Source: a bacterium | GTDB lineage: Bacteria > UBA8248 > JACPRG01 > G963555815 | Length of the DNA stretch: 64,000 bases | Reading direction: 5' to 3' | Assembly: GCA_965261595.1 (NCBI GenBank) | Contig: CBDHDG010000006.1 | Span: 1,120,001 to 1,184,000, forward strand | Part shown: in pieces, positions 39,947 to 50,544 of the stretch | Layout of the letters: each line of letters begins with the position of its first letter | Position numbering within the stretch: position 1 is the stretch's first letter | Notes under the pieces: generated by a model | What the model saw: the letters and a program-made list of their open reading frames with translations, nothing else | Told to the model about the DNA's origin: nothing | Databases searched by the model: none | Position numbers and translations under genes: made by a program

Positions 39947-40996
39947 TCAACCGGGCGGCTCGGACGCTTCGGGAGCGGCGGCGGATTCTTCCGCCCGCGA
40001 CGCGGCCCAGGCCCCCTCCAAAACCCGCCCCAGGGCCCGCTCCAGGACCGAGATGAGGGCGTCCACGTCCTTGGCCTCGTCGATCTCCTGACGCAGGAAA
40101 CGCGCGGCGGGAAAGTCGGAGGCGTAATGGACCACGTGCTTTCTGGCGTGGACCAGTGCGCGGCGGGGAATCATTTGCCCGGCAAGCGCGCGGGTGTGCC
40201 GGAGGGCGCAGGCGAGGCGCTCGGAGACCGGAGGGTCCGGCGGAAGGTCTTCGCCCGCAATGGCGGCGTTCATCTGAGCAAAAACCCAGGGCCTGCCGAT
40301 CGCCCCGCGTCCGACCATCACCGCGTCGCATCCCGTTTCCTCCACAATCCGCCGGGCGTCCTCGGGGGTGTTCACGTCTCCGTTTCCGATGACCGGCACG
40401 CCCACGGCTTTCTTGACGGCGCCGATGACGCTCCAGTCCGCCCGGCCGTTGAACGCCTGGGCCCGGGTGCGCCCGTGAATCGCGATGGCGACGGCGCCGG
40501 CGTCTTCCAGCTTCCGGGCGAAACCGGTCACAGCCTCCACGTCCACGTTGTCCCAGCCCGAGCGGATCTTGACCGTCACCGGGCGGTCGACGGCGCGGAC
40601 CATGGCCGAGACAATCCCGGCCGCGCGGTCGGGAAACCGCAGCAGCGCGGAGCCGGCCTCGGTCTTGACAATCTTCTTGACCGGGCAGCCCATGTTCACG
40701 TCCACCACGTGGGCGCCCAACTCAACGGTGATCCGGGCGGCCTCGGCCATCTCGCCCGGATCACTTCCAAAGAGCTGCATCGACACCGCGCCCTCGGCGG
40801 GGTCCGTCCGAAGCTGCGCGCGGGTCTTCTCACTCCCGTGGACCAGCGCGCGGCTGCTGACCATCTCGGCGCACACGAGTCCAGCCCCCCGCTCCCGGGA
40901 CAGCACGCGATAAGGCAAATGCGAATACCCCGACAGGGGGGCCTGGACCACACGGGAGGTCAGGGTGACGTCTCCGATCCGGACCGGCGCCTTCAC
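39947..40996 (-). CDS. dusB: tRNA-dihydrouridine synthase B
   Basis: QLFG, DVNMGCPVKK, VTVKIRSGW, IHGRT and GNGD motifs. GTG start overlaps the tsaD stop. Confidence 0.93.
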   Translation of the reverse strand: MKAPVRIGDVTLTSRVVQAPLSGYSHLPYRVLSRERGAGLVCAEMVSSRALVHGSEKTRAQLRTDPAEGAVSMQLFGSDPGEMAEAARITVELGAHVVDVNMGCPVKKIVKTEAGSALLRFPDRAAGIVSAMVRAVDRPVTVKIRSGWDNVDVEAVTGFARKLEDAGAVAIAIHGRTRAQAFNGRADWSVIGAVKKAVGVPVIGNGDVNTPEDARRIVEETGCDAVMVGRGAIGRPWVFAQMNAAIAGEDLPPDPPVSERLACALRHTRALAGQMIPRRALVHARKHVVHYASDFPAARFLRQEIDEAKDVDALISVLERALGRVLEGAWAASRAEESAAAPEASEPPG

Positions 40997-42105
40997 GAGG
41001 CGAGCTCCCAGCCGGCCTGCGCCTCCATGGCGAGGGCTTCTTCCAGCGGCGGCCCCCCCCCTCCCGCCTGGAGCGCGGAATGGCCGGCGGAGGCGATCAT
41101 CGCCGCGTTGTCCGTGCAATACGCCGGGGCGGGGATGTGGACCCTGACGCCCTCTTCCCGTCCGCGCCGGACCATGGCCTCCCGCAGGCCCCCGTTGGCG
41201 GCCACGCCGCCGACGACGGCGACGTCATCCACCCCCTCGCACCCGGCGGCTCGAAAGGTCTTCGCCACCAGCACCTCGACGGCGGCGTCCTGGAACGCCC
41301 GGCAGATTCGCCCCAACAACTCCGGCGGGATCTCCCGGGCGCGCTCCCGGGGGCTGAGGCCCGGGTCGTCATCGTACAAACCCCGGCCTTTCAGGTCATA
41401 CAGAACGGCCGTTTTCAGGCCGCTGAAGCTGAAGTCGAACGATGGGTCGTTCAGCATCGGACGCGGGAATCGCGGCGTCCCGTCTCCGGTGCCGTCGATG
41501 GGGCCGTGCGCCCGGGCCAGCTTGTCCACCACCGGCCCCCCCGGATATCCGAGACCCAGGATCTTGGCGACCTTGTCATACGCCTCCCCGGCCGCGTCGT
41601 CGCGCGTCGCTCCGAGCAGTCTGAACTTCTCGGATTCATCAACCCGGTACAAATGGGTGTGGCCGCCCGACACCACCAGGGCCACGAAAGGGAATCGTGG
41701 CGGGACCGGGCCTCCCAGGCCGTCCGGCTCGCGCGTGGCCCCCTCGATGAACACCGAGGCCACGTGGCCCGCCAGATGGTGGACCCCCGTCAGGGGAAGC
41801 CTTCTCGCCAGGGCGATCCCTTTGGCGGCCTGCAAACCGACCAGAAGGGCCACCAGCAGCCCCGGCCCGCGGGTGACGGCCACGCCCTCCACGGCCTCCC
41901 ATCCCCCCGCCCGGGAAACCGCCTCGTCCACAACGGGGTGAATGCGCTCGATGTGCCGCCGGGCGGCCAGCTCGGGGACGACTCCCCCGTACGGGGCGTG
42001 CAGATCCGCCTGGGAGGCCACGACCGTGGAACACACGGTCCGGCCCCCTTCGACGACCGCCGCCGCCGTTTCGTCGCACGAGGTTTCGATGCCCAGCACC
42101 CGCAT
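40993..42105 (-). CDS. tsaD: tRNA N6-adenosine threonylcarbamoyltransferase
   Basis: LGIETSCDET, HHLAGH, SGGHT, DDAAGEAYDK, FSFSGLKT and CTDNAAMI motifs. Confidence 0.97.
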   Translation of the reverse strand: MRVLGIETSCDETAAAVVEGGRTVCSTVVASQADLHAPYGGVVPELAARRHIERIHPVVDEAVSRAGGWEAVEGVAVTRGPGLLVALLVGLQAAKGIALARRLPLTGVHHLAGHVASVFIEGATREPDGLGGPVPPRFPFVALVVSGGHTHLYRVDESEKFRLLGATRDDAAGEAYDKVAKILGLGYPGGPVVDKLARAHGPIDGTGDGTPRFPRPMLNDPSFDFSFSGLKTAVLYDLKGRGLYDDDPGLSPRERAREIPPELLGRICRAFQDAAVEVLVAKTFRAAGCEGVDDVAVVGGVAANGGLREAMVRRGREEGVRVHIPAPAYCTDNAAMIASAGHSALQAGGGGPPLEEALAMEAQAGWELAS

Positions 42106-42201
42106 GTTGTTATCCGTTCATCGAGAAGCGAGGACCATCCGCGGCCGTCCCGGCGGCTGCTCAAGCCCCGCCGGAGTCTCTGTCCACGCGGCGGAAGCCG
42201 A

Positions 42202-43557
42202 TCAACCCGTCTTGGTCCCCTTGTTCAGTGTCCGGCGGAAGATGTCCCAGCTCCTCAGCAGCTCGATTGCACGGTCCAGCTGCGTATCGCCCGTTTTTTT
42301 CAGCGGATTCCTGGGACCGTTGTGGGGGCTGGCGATGCCCGGCGTGCTCTCCGGGTCGTCCTCGCCTTTGAGCGTGCCTTTGAGATCACTTTCCTTCAGC
42401 CGCCGCCGCCTCTTGGTTGTGGGCGATTGCGTGGCCTCCACGACGATGTCGGGCATGATTCCCCGCCCTTGGATCTGCCGGCCGTTGGGGGTGTAGTAGC
42501 GTCCGGTCGTCATCCTCAGGCCGGAACCGTCGCTGAGGGGGATGATCGTCTGCACCGAGCCCTTGCCGAAGGTCGGGGTTCCGGCGATGAGGGCGCGCCC
42601 CATGTCCTGCAAGGCCCCGGCCACAATCTCGGACGCGCTGGCGCTTCCCCCGTTGACGAGGATCACCATCGGAAACTTCAGGGGGGCGTTTTTCCCCCGG
42701 GAATGGAACCGCATATTCTGCCTCGGGTCCCGCCCCTTGGTGTAGACCAGAAGGGCCCCCTCGCTCACGAAATGGTCCGTCACGGCCACCGCCGCCGAGA
42801 GCAGGCCGCCGGGGTTGTTTCTCAGGTCCAGAACGAGGCCCTTCAGGGAAGCGCCGCCGAGGGAATCGAGTCCTTTCTTGACATCCCGGCCGGTGTCCTG
42901 GGTGAACTGGCGGACCTGTAGGTAGCCCAACCCCTCTCCCAGCTTCCGGTGGCTGACGGTCTTGATCCGGATGACTTCCCGGGTCAGGGTGAAATCCCGG
43001 GGGGTTGTCCAGCCCGTCCTGATGATGCTGAGGGTGACCTTGGAATTGGGTTTGCCGCGCAGTTTCTTGACCGCGTCGAACAGGGTCATGTCCTTCGTGG
43101 CTTCACCGTCCACTTTGAGGATCCGGTCTCCCGACTTCACACCCGCGCGCTGGGCCGGGGTCCCGTCGATGGGCGAGATCACCGTCAGGACGCCTTGCCG
43201 GATGGTGATCTCGATTCCCAACCCTCCGAACTTTCCACGGGTCTCGACCTGGGACTCCCGGAAAACTTCCGGGGGCAGAAAGGTGGTGTGGGGGTCGAGC
43301 GTCCGGAGCATCCCCCGGACGGCGCCATAAACGAGCATGCGGTCCTCCACGTTCTCCACGTAATTCTTCCTCAGGTGCGAGAGCACCTCGGCGAAGGTCT
43401 TGAGTTCCTCGTAGACGGAGGACGGCGTCTTCTTGTCCGGCTTTTTCTGGGCGCCGGCTGTCTCCGGAGCGCCCGCGAACAGGCCGCCGATCAGGAAAAT
43501 AGACAGGATTGCGTTTTGCAGACATGCGGCCCCTCTTCGCACCCTCATCCTGCTCAT
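42202..43557 (-). CDS. ctpA: Carboxyl-terminal processing protease, S41 family
   Basis: LDPH, PDZ GGLGI, DLRNNPGG, SASASEI and FGKGSVQ motifs. Confidence 0.95.
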   Translation of the reverse strand: MSRMRVRRGAACLQNAILSIFLIGGLFAGAPETAGAQKKPDKKTPSSVYEELKTFAEVLSHLRKNYVENVEDRMLVYGAVRGMLRTLDPHTTFLPPEVFRESQVETRGKFGGLGIEITIRQGVLTVISPIDGTPAQRAGVKSGDRILKVDGEATKDMTLFDAVKKLRGKPNSKVTLSIIRTGWTTPRDFTLTREVIRIKTVSHRKLGEGLGYLQVRQFTQDTGRDVKKGLDSLGGASLKGLVLDLRNNPGGLLSAAVAVTDHFVSEGALLVYTKGRDPRQNMRFHSRGKNAPLKFPMVILVNGGSASASEIVAGALQDMGRALIAGTPTFGKGSVQTIIPLSDGSGLRMTTGRYYTPNGRQIQGRGIMPDIVVEATQSPTTKRRRRLKESDLKGTLKGEDDPESTPGIASPHNGPRNPLKKTGDTQLDRAIELLRSWDIFRRTLNKGTKTG

Positions 43558-43573
43558 AACCTTTCCTTTCACG

Positions 43574-44839
43574 TTACGGCGTTCGGACCCTGAGCCACCG
43601 CAAGGGATCCTGTGGCTTGCCCAGATGCCGGACTTCGAAATAAATGGCGGGCTGGCCCAGCGGGCCCCCCTCGCCCACCCGGGCGATCGGCTGCCCCTCT
43701 TCGACTCGATCACCCACCCGGACGGTCGCGATCGTCGCGTGGGCGTACACCGTATAGAGACTTTTCCCGTGGGCCAGCACCAGCAGGTTGCCGTATCCCC
43801 GCAGCCGGTCGGCGTACATGACCTTGCCCCCGCCCACCGCCCGGACGGGCTCGCCCCGCTTCGCCGCCAGGGTGATTCCCGTCTTGAAGGTCAGCGTGGA
43901 AGAGGCGGTCCCCCGAACCGGATCGAACCGGCTGAGGATTTTCCCCGACACCGGCCACGGCAACAGACCCTTTCGATCCTGGAAGGACCATTGATTTCTC
44001 TGCTTCGCCTCGGCCGCCCAGTCCTTCAGCAAACGCTGAAGGCGCCGCGCGGCGCGGCGGACTTCCGAATACGCCTGACGCTGTCGGTCCCGGCGCTTGC
44101 GGATCGACGCCAGGAGCCGGGCCTTTTTCGCCCGGGCCGCCCGAAGTCGTTTCTCTTCCTTCTCGACCTCCCTTTTCCCGGCGGCCAGGGCCCGCGTTTC
44201 AGATCGGATGACTTCCAGCAGGCGCGCGCGGGCCTTCCGCTCTTGCTGAACGTACCGGATGAGTCCGGCGTCGGCCCGGGCGATCCTGTCCGCATAGATC
44301 CGCATGCGGGCCGCTTCGGCGACCCCGCTGTTCAGCCAGGCGAGAACGCTCGGGGGCGCCCCCATCCCTTTGTAGAGAGAACGGATGCGGCGTCGCAGCT
44401 CGGCCTCCGCCTTCGCCATCCGGACTTCCAGGTCCCGCCGCTTTTGCTCCGAGGCGTCGAGCCTCCGGCGGGCCAGGGCGAAACTGTAATTCCGGATCCG
44501 GAGCTCTCCGCCGAGAATTTCCAGTTGGGCGTCGAATCCCTCAATCGCCTCCAGGACAGATCGTTCGGCTCGTTCGCTACGGACGATTCGCCGTTTCTGG
44601 GAATCCAGCCGATCTTTGAGACGGGCGAGCCGATTTCGCTCGGCGGCGATCTTCTTCTTGAGCTGGACGGACGTTGGGGACCCGGCCGTTTCCGCACCGG
44701 CGGATTCGGAAAGCGTAAGCGGACCGACCCCAAGGGCGAGAAAAACGACGACGATCCGGAGAAATGTCAACGGGCGAATCAGGCTGGGTCTCCAAAGGTT
44801 TGAAGTCCCGGAAACAACGAACGGGCCGCATTCCTCCAA
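43574..44839 (-). CDS. envC: Murein hydrolase activator EnvC
   Basis: Coiled coil plus degenerate M23 domain (LPWPVSG, GYGNL, IYFEVR); downstream of ftsEX. Start uncertain. Confidence 0.88.
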   Translation of the reverse strand: MEECGPFVVSGTSNLWRPSLIRPLTFLRIVVVFLALGVGPLTLSESAGAETAGSPTSVQLKKKIAAERNRLARLKDRLDSQKRRIVRSERAERSVLEAIEGFDAQLEILGGELRIRNYSFALARRRLDASEQKRRDLEVRMAKAEAELRRRIRSLYKGMGAPPSVLAWLNSGVAEAARMRIYADRIARADAGLIRYVQQERKARARLLEVIRSETRALAAGKREVEKEEKRLRAARAKKARLLASIRKRRDRQRQAYSEVRRAARRLQRLLKDWAAEAKQRNQWSFQDRKGLLPWPVSGKILSRFDPVRGTASSTLTFKTGITLAAKRGEPVRAVGGGKVMYADRLRGYGNLLVLAHGKSLYTVYAHATIATVRVGDRVEEGQPIARVGEGGPLGQPAIYFEVRHLGKPQDPLRWLRVRTP

Positions 44840-44911
44840 CCCATTGAAGATATGGAGAATTTAGCGGCGGATCCGGATCGTTGCAACCGAAATTCAGGTT
44901 GGAGGGCGGCT

Positions 44912-45823
44912 TCAGCCTCTATAGCCCGGATAACGCGACACGGACAGGAGCGACCCGATGACGCCCAGAAAAGTCCCCAGGACCAGGAGACCGATGCTGA
45001 GGGCGGGCTCCAGGAAGGTCACGGCGTCGGGACCGAGGCCCGGAAAGCCATGCGCGGCCCGAAGCAACACCAAACGATAAAGCCCGTAGAGCGCCCCGAG
45101 GGAAAGCGCGCTGCCGCCCAGCCCTTCGAGGAACCCCTCGACCAGAAAGGGCGATCGAATGAAGCCGGGCGTAGCCCCCACCAAGTTCATGATCTCGACC
45201 TCTTCCCGCCTAGAATACAAGGCCAGCCGAATGGTGTTCGACACGATCAGGACGATTCCGAGGCCCAGGAAAACACCGACCCCCACGATGATCCATTTGA
45301 GATCGCGGACGACCCGTTCGAAGCTCTCCACCCAATTCCGCCCAAAGTCCACGCTCTCCACCCCGGTTCGGCCCCGAATCGTGGCCGCCGTCCGGGAGAC
45401 GAACAGCGAGTTCCGATTCTCGGGGCGAAAACCCAGAGCAAAGGCGGCCGGCAGCGGGTTGGGCCGCAAACCGTCCAGGATCTCCGCCCTCGAACCCAAA
45501 TGCCTGCGGAAATCCCTCAGGGCCTCCTCCTTCGAGATGTACCGAACCTCAGCGACTCCCTCCATGGCCGTCAGGTCCCGCCGGAGGCGTCCCCGTGCGG
45601 AATCGCTCAACCCGTCTTCCAGATAAGCGACCAGGCGAATCTGCTCTCCCCACTCATTCAAAAGCCGCGTCATGTTGGACAGGGCCAAGAGAAATCCGCC
45701 CAGGATCAGCAGGGCGATGGAAATGGTGGCAATCGTCACCAGGGCCGCGCCGCCGCTCTCCAGGATTCCGCGGATCGCCATGCGCAGAAAGTAAGGGAGG
45801 GTGCGCAGCCATTTCACCGTCAC
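44912..45823 (-). CDS. ftsX: Cell division permease FtsX
   Basis: ISKEEAL, NPLP and SNTIRL...RREEVEIM.LVGAT..FIRSPFLVEG motifs. Confidence 0.95.
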   Translation of the reverse strand: MTVKWLRTLPYFLRMAIRGILESGGAALVTIATISIALLILGGFLLALSNMTRLLNEWGEQIRLVAYLEDGLSDSARGRLRRDLTAMEGVAEVRYISKEEALRDFRRHLGSRAEILDGLRPNPLPAAFALGFRPENRNSLFVSRTAATIRGRTGVESVDFGRNWVESFERVVRDLKWIIVGVGVFLGLGIVLIVSNTIRLALYSRREEVEIMNLVGATPGFIRSPFLVEGFLEGLGGSALSLGALYGLYRLVLLRAAHGFPGLGPDAVTFLEPALSIGLLVLGTFLGVIGSLLSVSRYPGYRG

Positions 45824-46557
45824 GCCTCCCGACGGATTCCGCCCCTGGCTCGCCGGCCGCCTCCGGCCGGAGCGGCGTCATTCAGGAACTCCGAAGCCGC
45901 ATCCTTCGCGGTCGCCCTCCCTCGGAGCATTCGTATCACCGGACGTTTCGACCGGTCCACCAGCATCTCATCGTGGGTGGCCACAAGGATCGTGGTCCCG
46001 CCGGCGTGGATCAGCGAGAACAGCTCGACCATTTCATTGGCCAGGTCCGGGTCGAGATGACCCGTCGGCTCGTCGGCCAGGAGGATGTCCGGCCGGTTGA
46101 CAATGGCGCGGGCGACCGCGACCCGCTGCTGCTCTCCGCCGGAGAGCAGGCCGGGTTCGTCATTCATCCGCCTTCCCAGTCCCACCTGATGCAATACGAA
46201 TCGGACGCGCCGCCGAATCTCGGAGGTCGGGGCGCCCATGACCCTCATGGCGAACGCGACGTTCTCGAACACCGTCCGCCGCGGCAACAGGCGGAAATCC
46301 TGGAAAACCACGCCGATTCGCCGTCTGAGGAAGGGGACCTCGCGCTCGGGCAGGTGCGTCACGTCGGAGCCGTCTACCAGAATACTCCCCCGGTCGGCGA
46401 CCTCGGCCCGGTAGAGAAGCTTGAGCAGCGTCGTCTTTCCCGCTCCGCTGGGGCCCATCACGAACAGGAACTCCCCCCGGGGCACATGGAGCGAGACATT
46501 CTTCAGGGCGTCCAGGCCGGGTCCGTAGGACTTATAAACGTGTCGAAGCCGGATCAC
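45820..46557 (-). CDS. ftsE: Cell division ATP-binding protein FtsE
   Basis: [25 protein letters not shown] and ADEPTG motifs. Confidence 0.95.
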   Translation of the reverse strand: MIRLRHVYKSYGPGLDALKNVSLHVPRGEFLFVMGPSGAGKTTLLKLLYRAEVADRGSILVDGSDVTHLPEREVPFLRRRIGVVFQDFRLLPRRTVFENVAFAMRVMGAPTSEIRRRVRFVLHQVGLGRRMNDEPGLLSGGEQQRVAVARAIVNRPDILLADEPTGHLDPDLANEMVELFSLIHAGGTTILVATHDEMLVDRSKRPVIRMLRGRATAKDAASEFLNDAAPAGGGRRARGGIRREA

Positions 46558-46623
46558 GGATTGAATGGTCCCCTCTCTGGTTCTTCGAGGTCGGACCCGG
46601 GAATCCACGCCGGGCGAGCGCCT

Positions 46624-48263
46624 TTATGAATCCTCGCCCTCCTTTGGTTTCGCCCGAATCCGATCAAGCAGCCCCTCCAGCCGCTCGATGGTCGCCTCCT
46701 GTCCGCTCTCCGAGGCGGGGGACGATTCCACTCGGGTCTCCTCAGAGGGGGGCGCCGGAGCGGGGGGCGAAGCCTTCACAGCGGGCTCCGAGGCATGAAG
46801 CGCCGGCTCCTCGGAAGGCACCGGAGCGGCGGGGGGGGCGGCGCTTCCTGTTCGACCGCCCCGACAGGGTCGGCCACAGGGTCGGCCGCCAACGCATCGG
46901 GCTCTTCGTCCGCGTCGGACGCAACGTCGTCCAGATCCGTCAGCCAATCCGCTTCGGAGGTCTCAAGCTCATCTTCCAGGGGAGGGGGGGGGGATTCCGA
47001 CTCCGGCGGACTTTCCGCTTCCGAAACCAGCAGATCCTCCAACTCTCCCGGAAACGGCTCCTCCTCCGGGACCGCTTCGGCGAAACCCGTTGGAACCTCG
47101 GCCGGACCGTCCGCATCCACCGATCCGGTTTCCGGTTCGGCCGGGGAGGGCTCGCGGTCACCGGCGATATCCTCCAGGGCCGGGCCGGCGCCCGGAGAAG
47201 CGTCGTCCGCCACACCCTTTTCCTCCAGGTCATACAACTCCAAGGCGGGATCGGGTTCCCCGTCATCAAGCACGGCTTCTTCGGATTCCTGAGCCGATTC
47301 CTCTTCCACTGAGATCACGGAATCAACCTGAACCCCGGATGAGGCGAAATCGGGTTCCTCCTCATCGGGTTTTTCGTCTGCGCTTTCCCGCGCCGATTCC
47401 TCTTTCTCCGGGACCGGAGAATCAACTTCCACGCCGGATTCGGCGAGCTCCTGCTCGAATGCGATGGCCTGTTCCAATTCTTGGATCTTGACCGGAATGG
47501 TCTTGTCATCCGGTTTATCCTTCAGGACCATCCGGTAGGTGACCAGGGCCGCCTTGAGATTTCCCTGTCCTTCATAGAGACGGGCCAGCGTCGGTGTGTA
47601 CTGGGGGTCCGACATCTCCATGCCGGCGAGCTCTGGGAAAGGGCTACTCTCTAGGGCGACGGGGATTTCGACCTCCGAGGCCGGCTCTTCGGCGGTCCCC
47701 GCGTCCTCGGCCTCCGGGGGAGGCCCTCCCTCCTCGACTTCCGCGTTCTCCGGGGGAAGCGTTTCGACGCTTGACTCCGAACCCCCTTTTCGGCCCATCC
47801 CGCCTTCGGCCAGCTCTTCATCTAAAGAGACAAGTGTATCCAATGTCTCGGTGTTTCCGGGGAGCAGCCAGAGGAGCTCTTCGAATTGCAGCTTGGCATC
47901 TTTCAGGTTTTGGTCTTCGCGGTAGAGATTGCCCAGCGCTTGGCGGGCGATCAGGTTGGTCGGGGAGGCCTCCAGGATGATCTCCAACTCGGATTGGGCC
48001 TCCTCCCGGTCGCCGCGCTCGATCAGGATCATCGCCAGCGCGACGCGGGCGCTCAGATAATCAGGATGGCTTTCCAGACCCGCCCGGCAGACCTCGAGCG
48101 CCTCATCATACCGCTTGGCCTTTCGATAGCCGTTGGCGAGAATGAGGAACCCGAATCCCTCCGAGTCCTGCAAACCAACGCCTTTGCCCTTTTGTCCGGC
48201 CCGACCCGATTTTCGTTTTTTTCCAAACATTTCTGACTGACTCCCTTCGGACGGCATAGCCAT
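46624..48263 (-). CDS. TPR-repeat protein with long acidic linker; apparent frameshift in a C8 tract near the 3' end
   Basis: N-terminal TPRs (LANGYRK..RYDEAL..C..GL..HPDY.SAR) and TPTLARLYEGQG. The acidic composition resumes in ORF 46624..46947, ending IERLEGLLDRIR. Confidence 0.8.
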
Positions 48264-48417
48264 CCAAGGTTACCTCATACCCAACTTAGCAAACGGCATT
48301 CCCGGTTCGCAACATTAGTTTCTTTCGTGATTATGCCTTTGACGCAGTAAGACACAAGATATAGGTGCGATTTTGAGACACTACATGTTGTGGTTATCCA
48401 ACAGGAGGGGGTCACTT

Positions 48418-48633
48418 TTAGGGACCCGTGGAACCACATATCCTCCCATTGATGATGGCTGGTGGCCCGACGTAAGAGCCCCGAATTTCGAGTGGGATGC
48501 GTTTCTTCGGCGGTTTCTTATTCCTTATCCCCATCAAGTAGAAACCCGCATAGAAGAGAAGATCAATAACCCTAGAGGCTGCTTCGGAGATGAACCATTC
48601 AAAAACGTCAAATCCTTCGCATTTTGCTTCCAT
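48418..48633 (-). CDS. Cassette A cargo: small hypothetical protein
   Basis: 71-aa ORF with a purine-rich RBS-like sequence and one hydrophobic segment followed by a basic tail. Confidence 0.4.
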   Translation of the reverse strand: MEAKCEGFDVFEWFISEAASRVIDLLFYAGFYLMGIRNKKPPKKRIPLEIRGSYVGPPAIINGRICGSTGP

Positions 48634-48672
48634 TGCCCCAGTCCTCCTTCAAGGTTGGGTGGTGATGGAACC

Positions 48673-48704
48673 GCAGCGCCAGGGGCGGGATCCCCTGGCG
48701 CTGC
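48673..48704. other. Perfect 13-bp GC-rich hairpin between cassette A cargo ORFs
   Basis: gcagcgccagggg-cgggat-cccctggcgctgc. Confidence 0.7.
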
Positions 48705-48726
48705 ACTTGTAAATCTTATTTTCCAC

Positions 48727-49077
48727 TTATTTGCACGAGATGAACTCGCACAACGTCTCAAAAACCTTGAATTCCCCTTCAAAACGGAAAGTCGTAGAGC
48801 CAGGGATGCTCTTCAGGTATTGGAATCCTTTTGGATGCTCACTCACCATGAAAATACGCCATTTCTCCTTTGCGTTTCGGTATCCAAGTTTATACAAAGC
48901 TACCAAATCGCGATCGTCCAACATGCGAAGTATGAGTTTTCTTCGTTCCAAATCCACATAAGCGGGGCTGTACACCGCACCTTTTCCGATAAAACAGGCC
49001 TTGTTGGATTCTCCAGCCATGACGGCGGAAGATGCGATGAGGGCAGTTGTAAGTATGCAACCGCCGATAGTACGCAT
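48727..49077 (-). CDS. Cassette A cargo: predicted exported hypothetical protein
   Basis: 116 aa, starting with the signal-peptide-like MRTIGGCILTTALIASSAVMA. GGGGGT precedes the ATG. Confidence 0.6.
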   Translation of the reverse strand: MRTIGGCILTTALIASSAVMAGESNKACFIGKGAVYSPAYVDLERRKLILRMLDDRDLVALYKLGYRNAKEKWRIFMVSEHPKGFQYLKSIPGSTTFRFEGEFKVFETLCEFISCK

Positions 49078-49466
49078 GGGCAGACCCCCAGAAAATCGAG
49101 GTTGACACGGGCTTGGGGATTTGCTACAAGGAGGGTCTGTGAGGTCCTCTCTTGTAGCAACGCCCCGGGGTTCCCTCGGGGCTTCCACCCTTTGAAGTTC
49201 CATATACCACATGTAGTGGGTCGGATTCAATTTTCGAGGGACCACCATATCTTGTGTCTTACTGCGTCAAGGGCATAATCACGGTTTCTTTCGCCTCGCC
49301 GCCAGCCGCCGAACGCCTCCCTGAACACCGGAGGCTCTCCCGGAAGGCCATCGGTCCGGAGGGGGGCTTGATCGCCTGCCGTCAACACGATACATTGTGG
49401 TTCGCGTGGGTCCTCGAAGGCGCTTCGGCCGACACCTTTCCGACCCCGAGCAAGGGGAGGCTCTGA

Positions 49467-50525
49467 ATGAATCCGGCACCGGATGCCAAGGAGAAGGCGT
49501 TGGCGACGGCCTTTTCCCAGATAGAACGCCAGTTCGGCAAGGGCGCGATCATGCGGCTCGGCGACAAGCCCCTCCCATCGGGCGCATCCTCCATCTCCAC
49601 CGGGTCGATCTCCTTGGACGCGGCCTTGGGAATCGGAGGGGTCCCGCGCGGCCGCATCGTTGAAGTCTATGGCCCGGAGTCCTCCGGGAAGACCACCCTC
49701 GCCCTGCACATCGTCGCTCAGGCCCAGAAGCAGGGAGGCATCGCCGGATTCGTGGACGCCGAACACGCCCTCGACCCGGGCTACGCGAAGAAACTCGGCG
49801 TGGTCACCGACGACTTGGTCATCAGCCAGCCCGACTCGGGAGAGCAGGCCCTGGAGATCACCGAGGTGTTGGTCCGCAGCGGCGCCCTCGACCTGGTGGT
49901 TCTCGATTCGGTGGCGGCGCTGGTGCCCAAGGCCGAGCTCAGCGGCGATATGGGGGACGCGCACATGGGCCTGCAGGCCCGGCTCATGTCCCAGGCCCTG
50001 AGAAAGTTGACGGCCGTCATCAGCAAATCCAATACGTGCGTCCTGTTCATCAACCAGATTCGGATGAAGATCGGCGTGATGTTCGGCAACCCGGAGACCA
50101 CCCCGGGCGGAAACGCCCTGAAGTTTTATGCGTCCATCCGGATGGACATCCGCCGGATCTCGGCCATCAAGGAAAGCGGCGAGGTGGTCGGCAACCGTAC
50201 GCGGGTCCGCGTCGTCAAAAACAAGATGGCCGCCCCCTTCCGGCAGGCGGAGTTCGATATCCTCTACGATCAGGGAATCTCCAAGTCCGGCGACCTGTTG
50301 GATTTGGCATCCGAAATGGACTTGATCAAAAAGAGCGGATCGTGGTTTTCCTATCAGGATCAGCGCATCGGTCAGGGACGGGAAAATGCGCGGCGCTTTC
50401 TCGAGGACAACCCGGAAATCATGGACACGCTTGAAACCATTGTGCGCGAGAACCTCGGTCAGCCGTCCCAACCAGCGCCCGGCGCCGGGGAGAATCAGGA
50501 TTCCGAGGAAACCGACGTCGACTGA
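49467..50525 (+). CDS. recA: Recombinase RecA
   Basis: [29 protein letters not shown] and [10 protein letters not shown] motifs. Confidence 0.99.
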   Translation: MNPAPDAKEKALATAFSQIERQFGKGAIMRLGDKPLPSGASSISTGSISLDAALGIGGVPRGRIVEVYGPESSGKTTLALHIVAQAQKQGGIAGFVDAEHALDPGYAKKLGVVTDDLVISQPDSGEQALEITEVLVRSGALDLVVLDSVAALVPKAELSGDMGDAHMGLQARLMSQALRKLTAVISKSNTCVLFINQIRMKIGVMFGNPETTPGGNALKFYASIRMDIRRISAIKESGEVVGNRTRVRVVKNKMAAPFRQAEFDILYDQGISKSGDLLDLASEMDLIKKSGSWFSYQDQRIGQGRENARRFLEDNPEIMDTLETIVRENLGQPSQPAPGAGENQDSEETDVD

Positions 50526-50544
50526 AGGGACGCGACGTTCACCC

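Larger units (their letters stand above)
48326..49283. mobile_element. Non-autonomous IS1595-like cassette A (no transposase, cargo ORFs)
   Basis: 37-bp TIRs with 1 mismatch (48326-48362, 49247-49283). Perfect 8-bp TSD GTTTCTTT (48318-48325, 49284-49291). Low-GC interior. Confidence 0.92.

Noticed and set aside
39935..42921. Long plus-strand ORFs of 668 and 613 aa
   Set aside because: Antisense to dusB, tsaD and ctpA, which carry clear family signatures.
49311..49326. LexA box upstream of recA (GAAC...GAAC)
   Set aside because: The spacing is 8 nt rather than the 7 nt of the alphaproteobacterial box, and no other known SOS box was evident.
49385..49400. NrdR-like 16-mer acacgatacattgtgg just upstream of recA
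   Set aside because: Single copy with mismatches at conserved positions and no partner at 31-32 bp; too weak to call.
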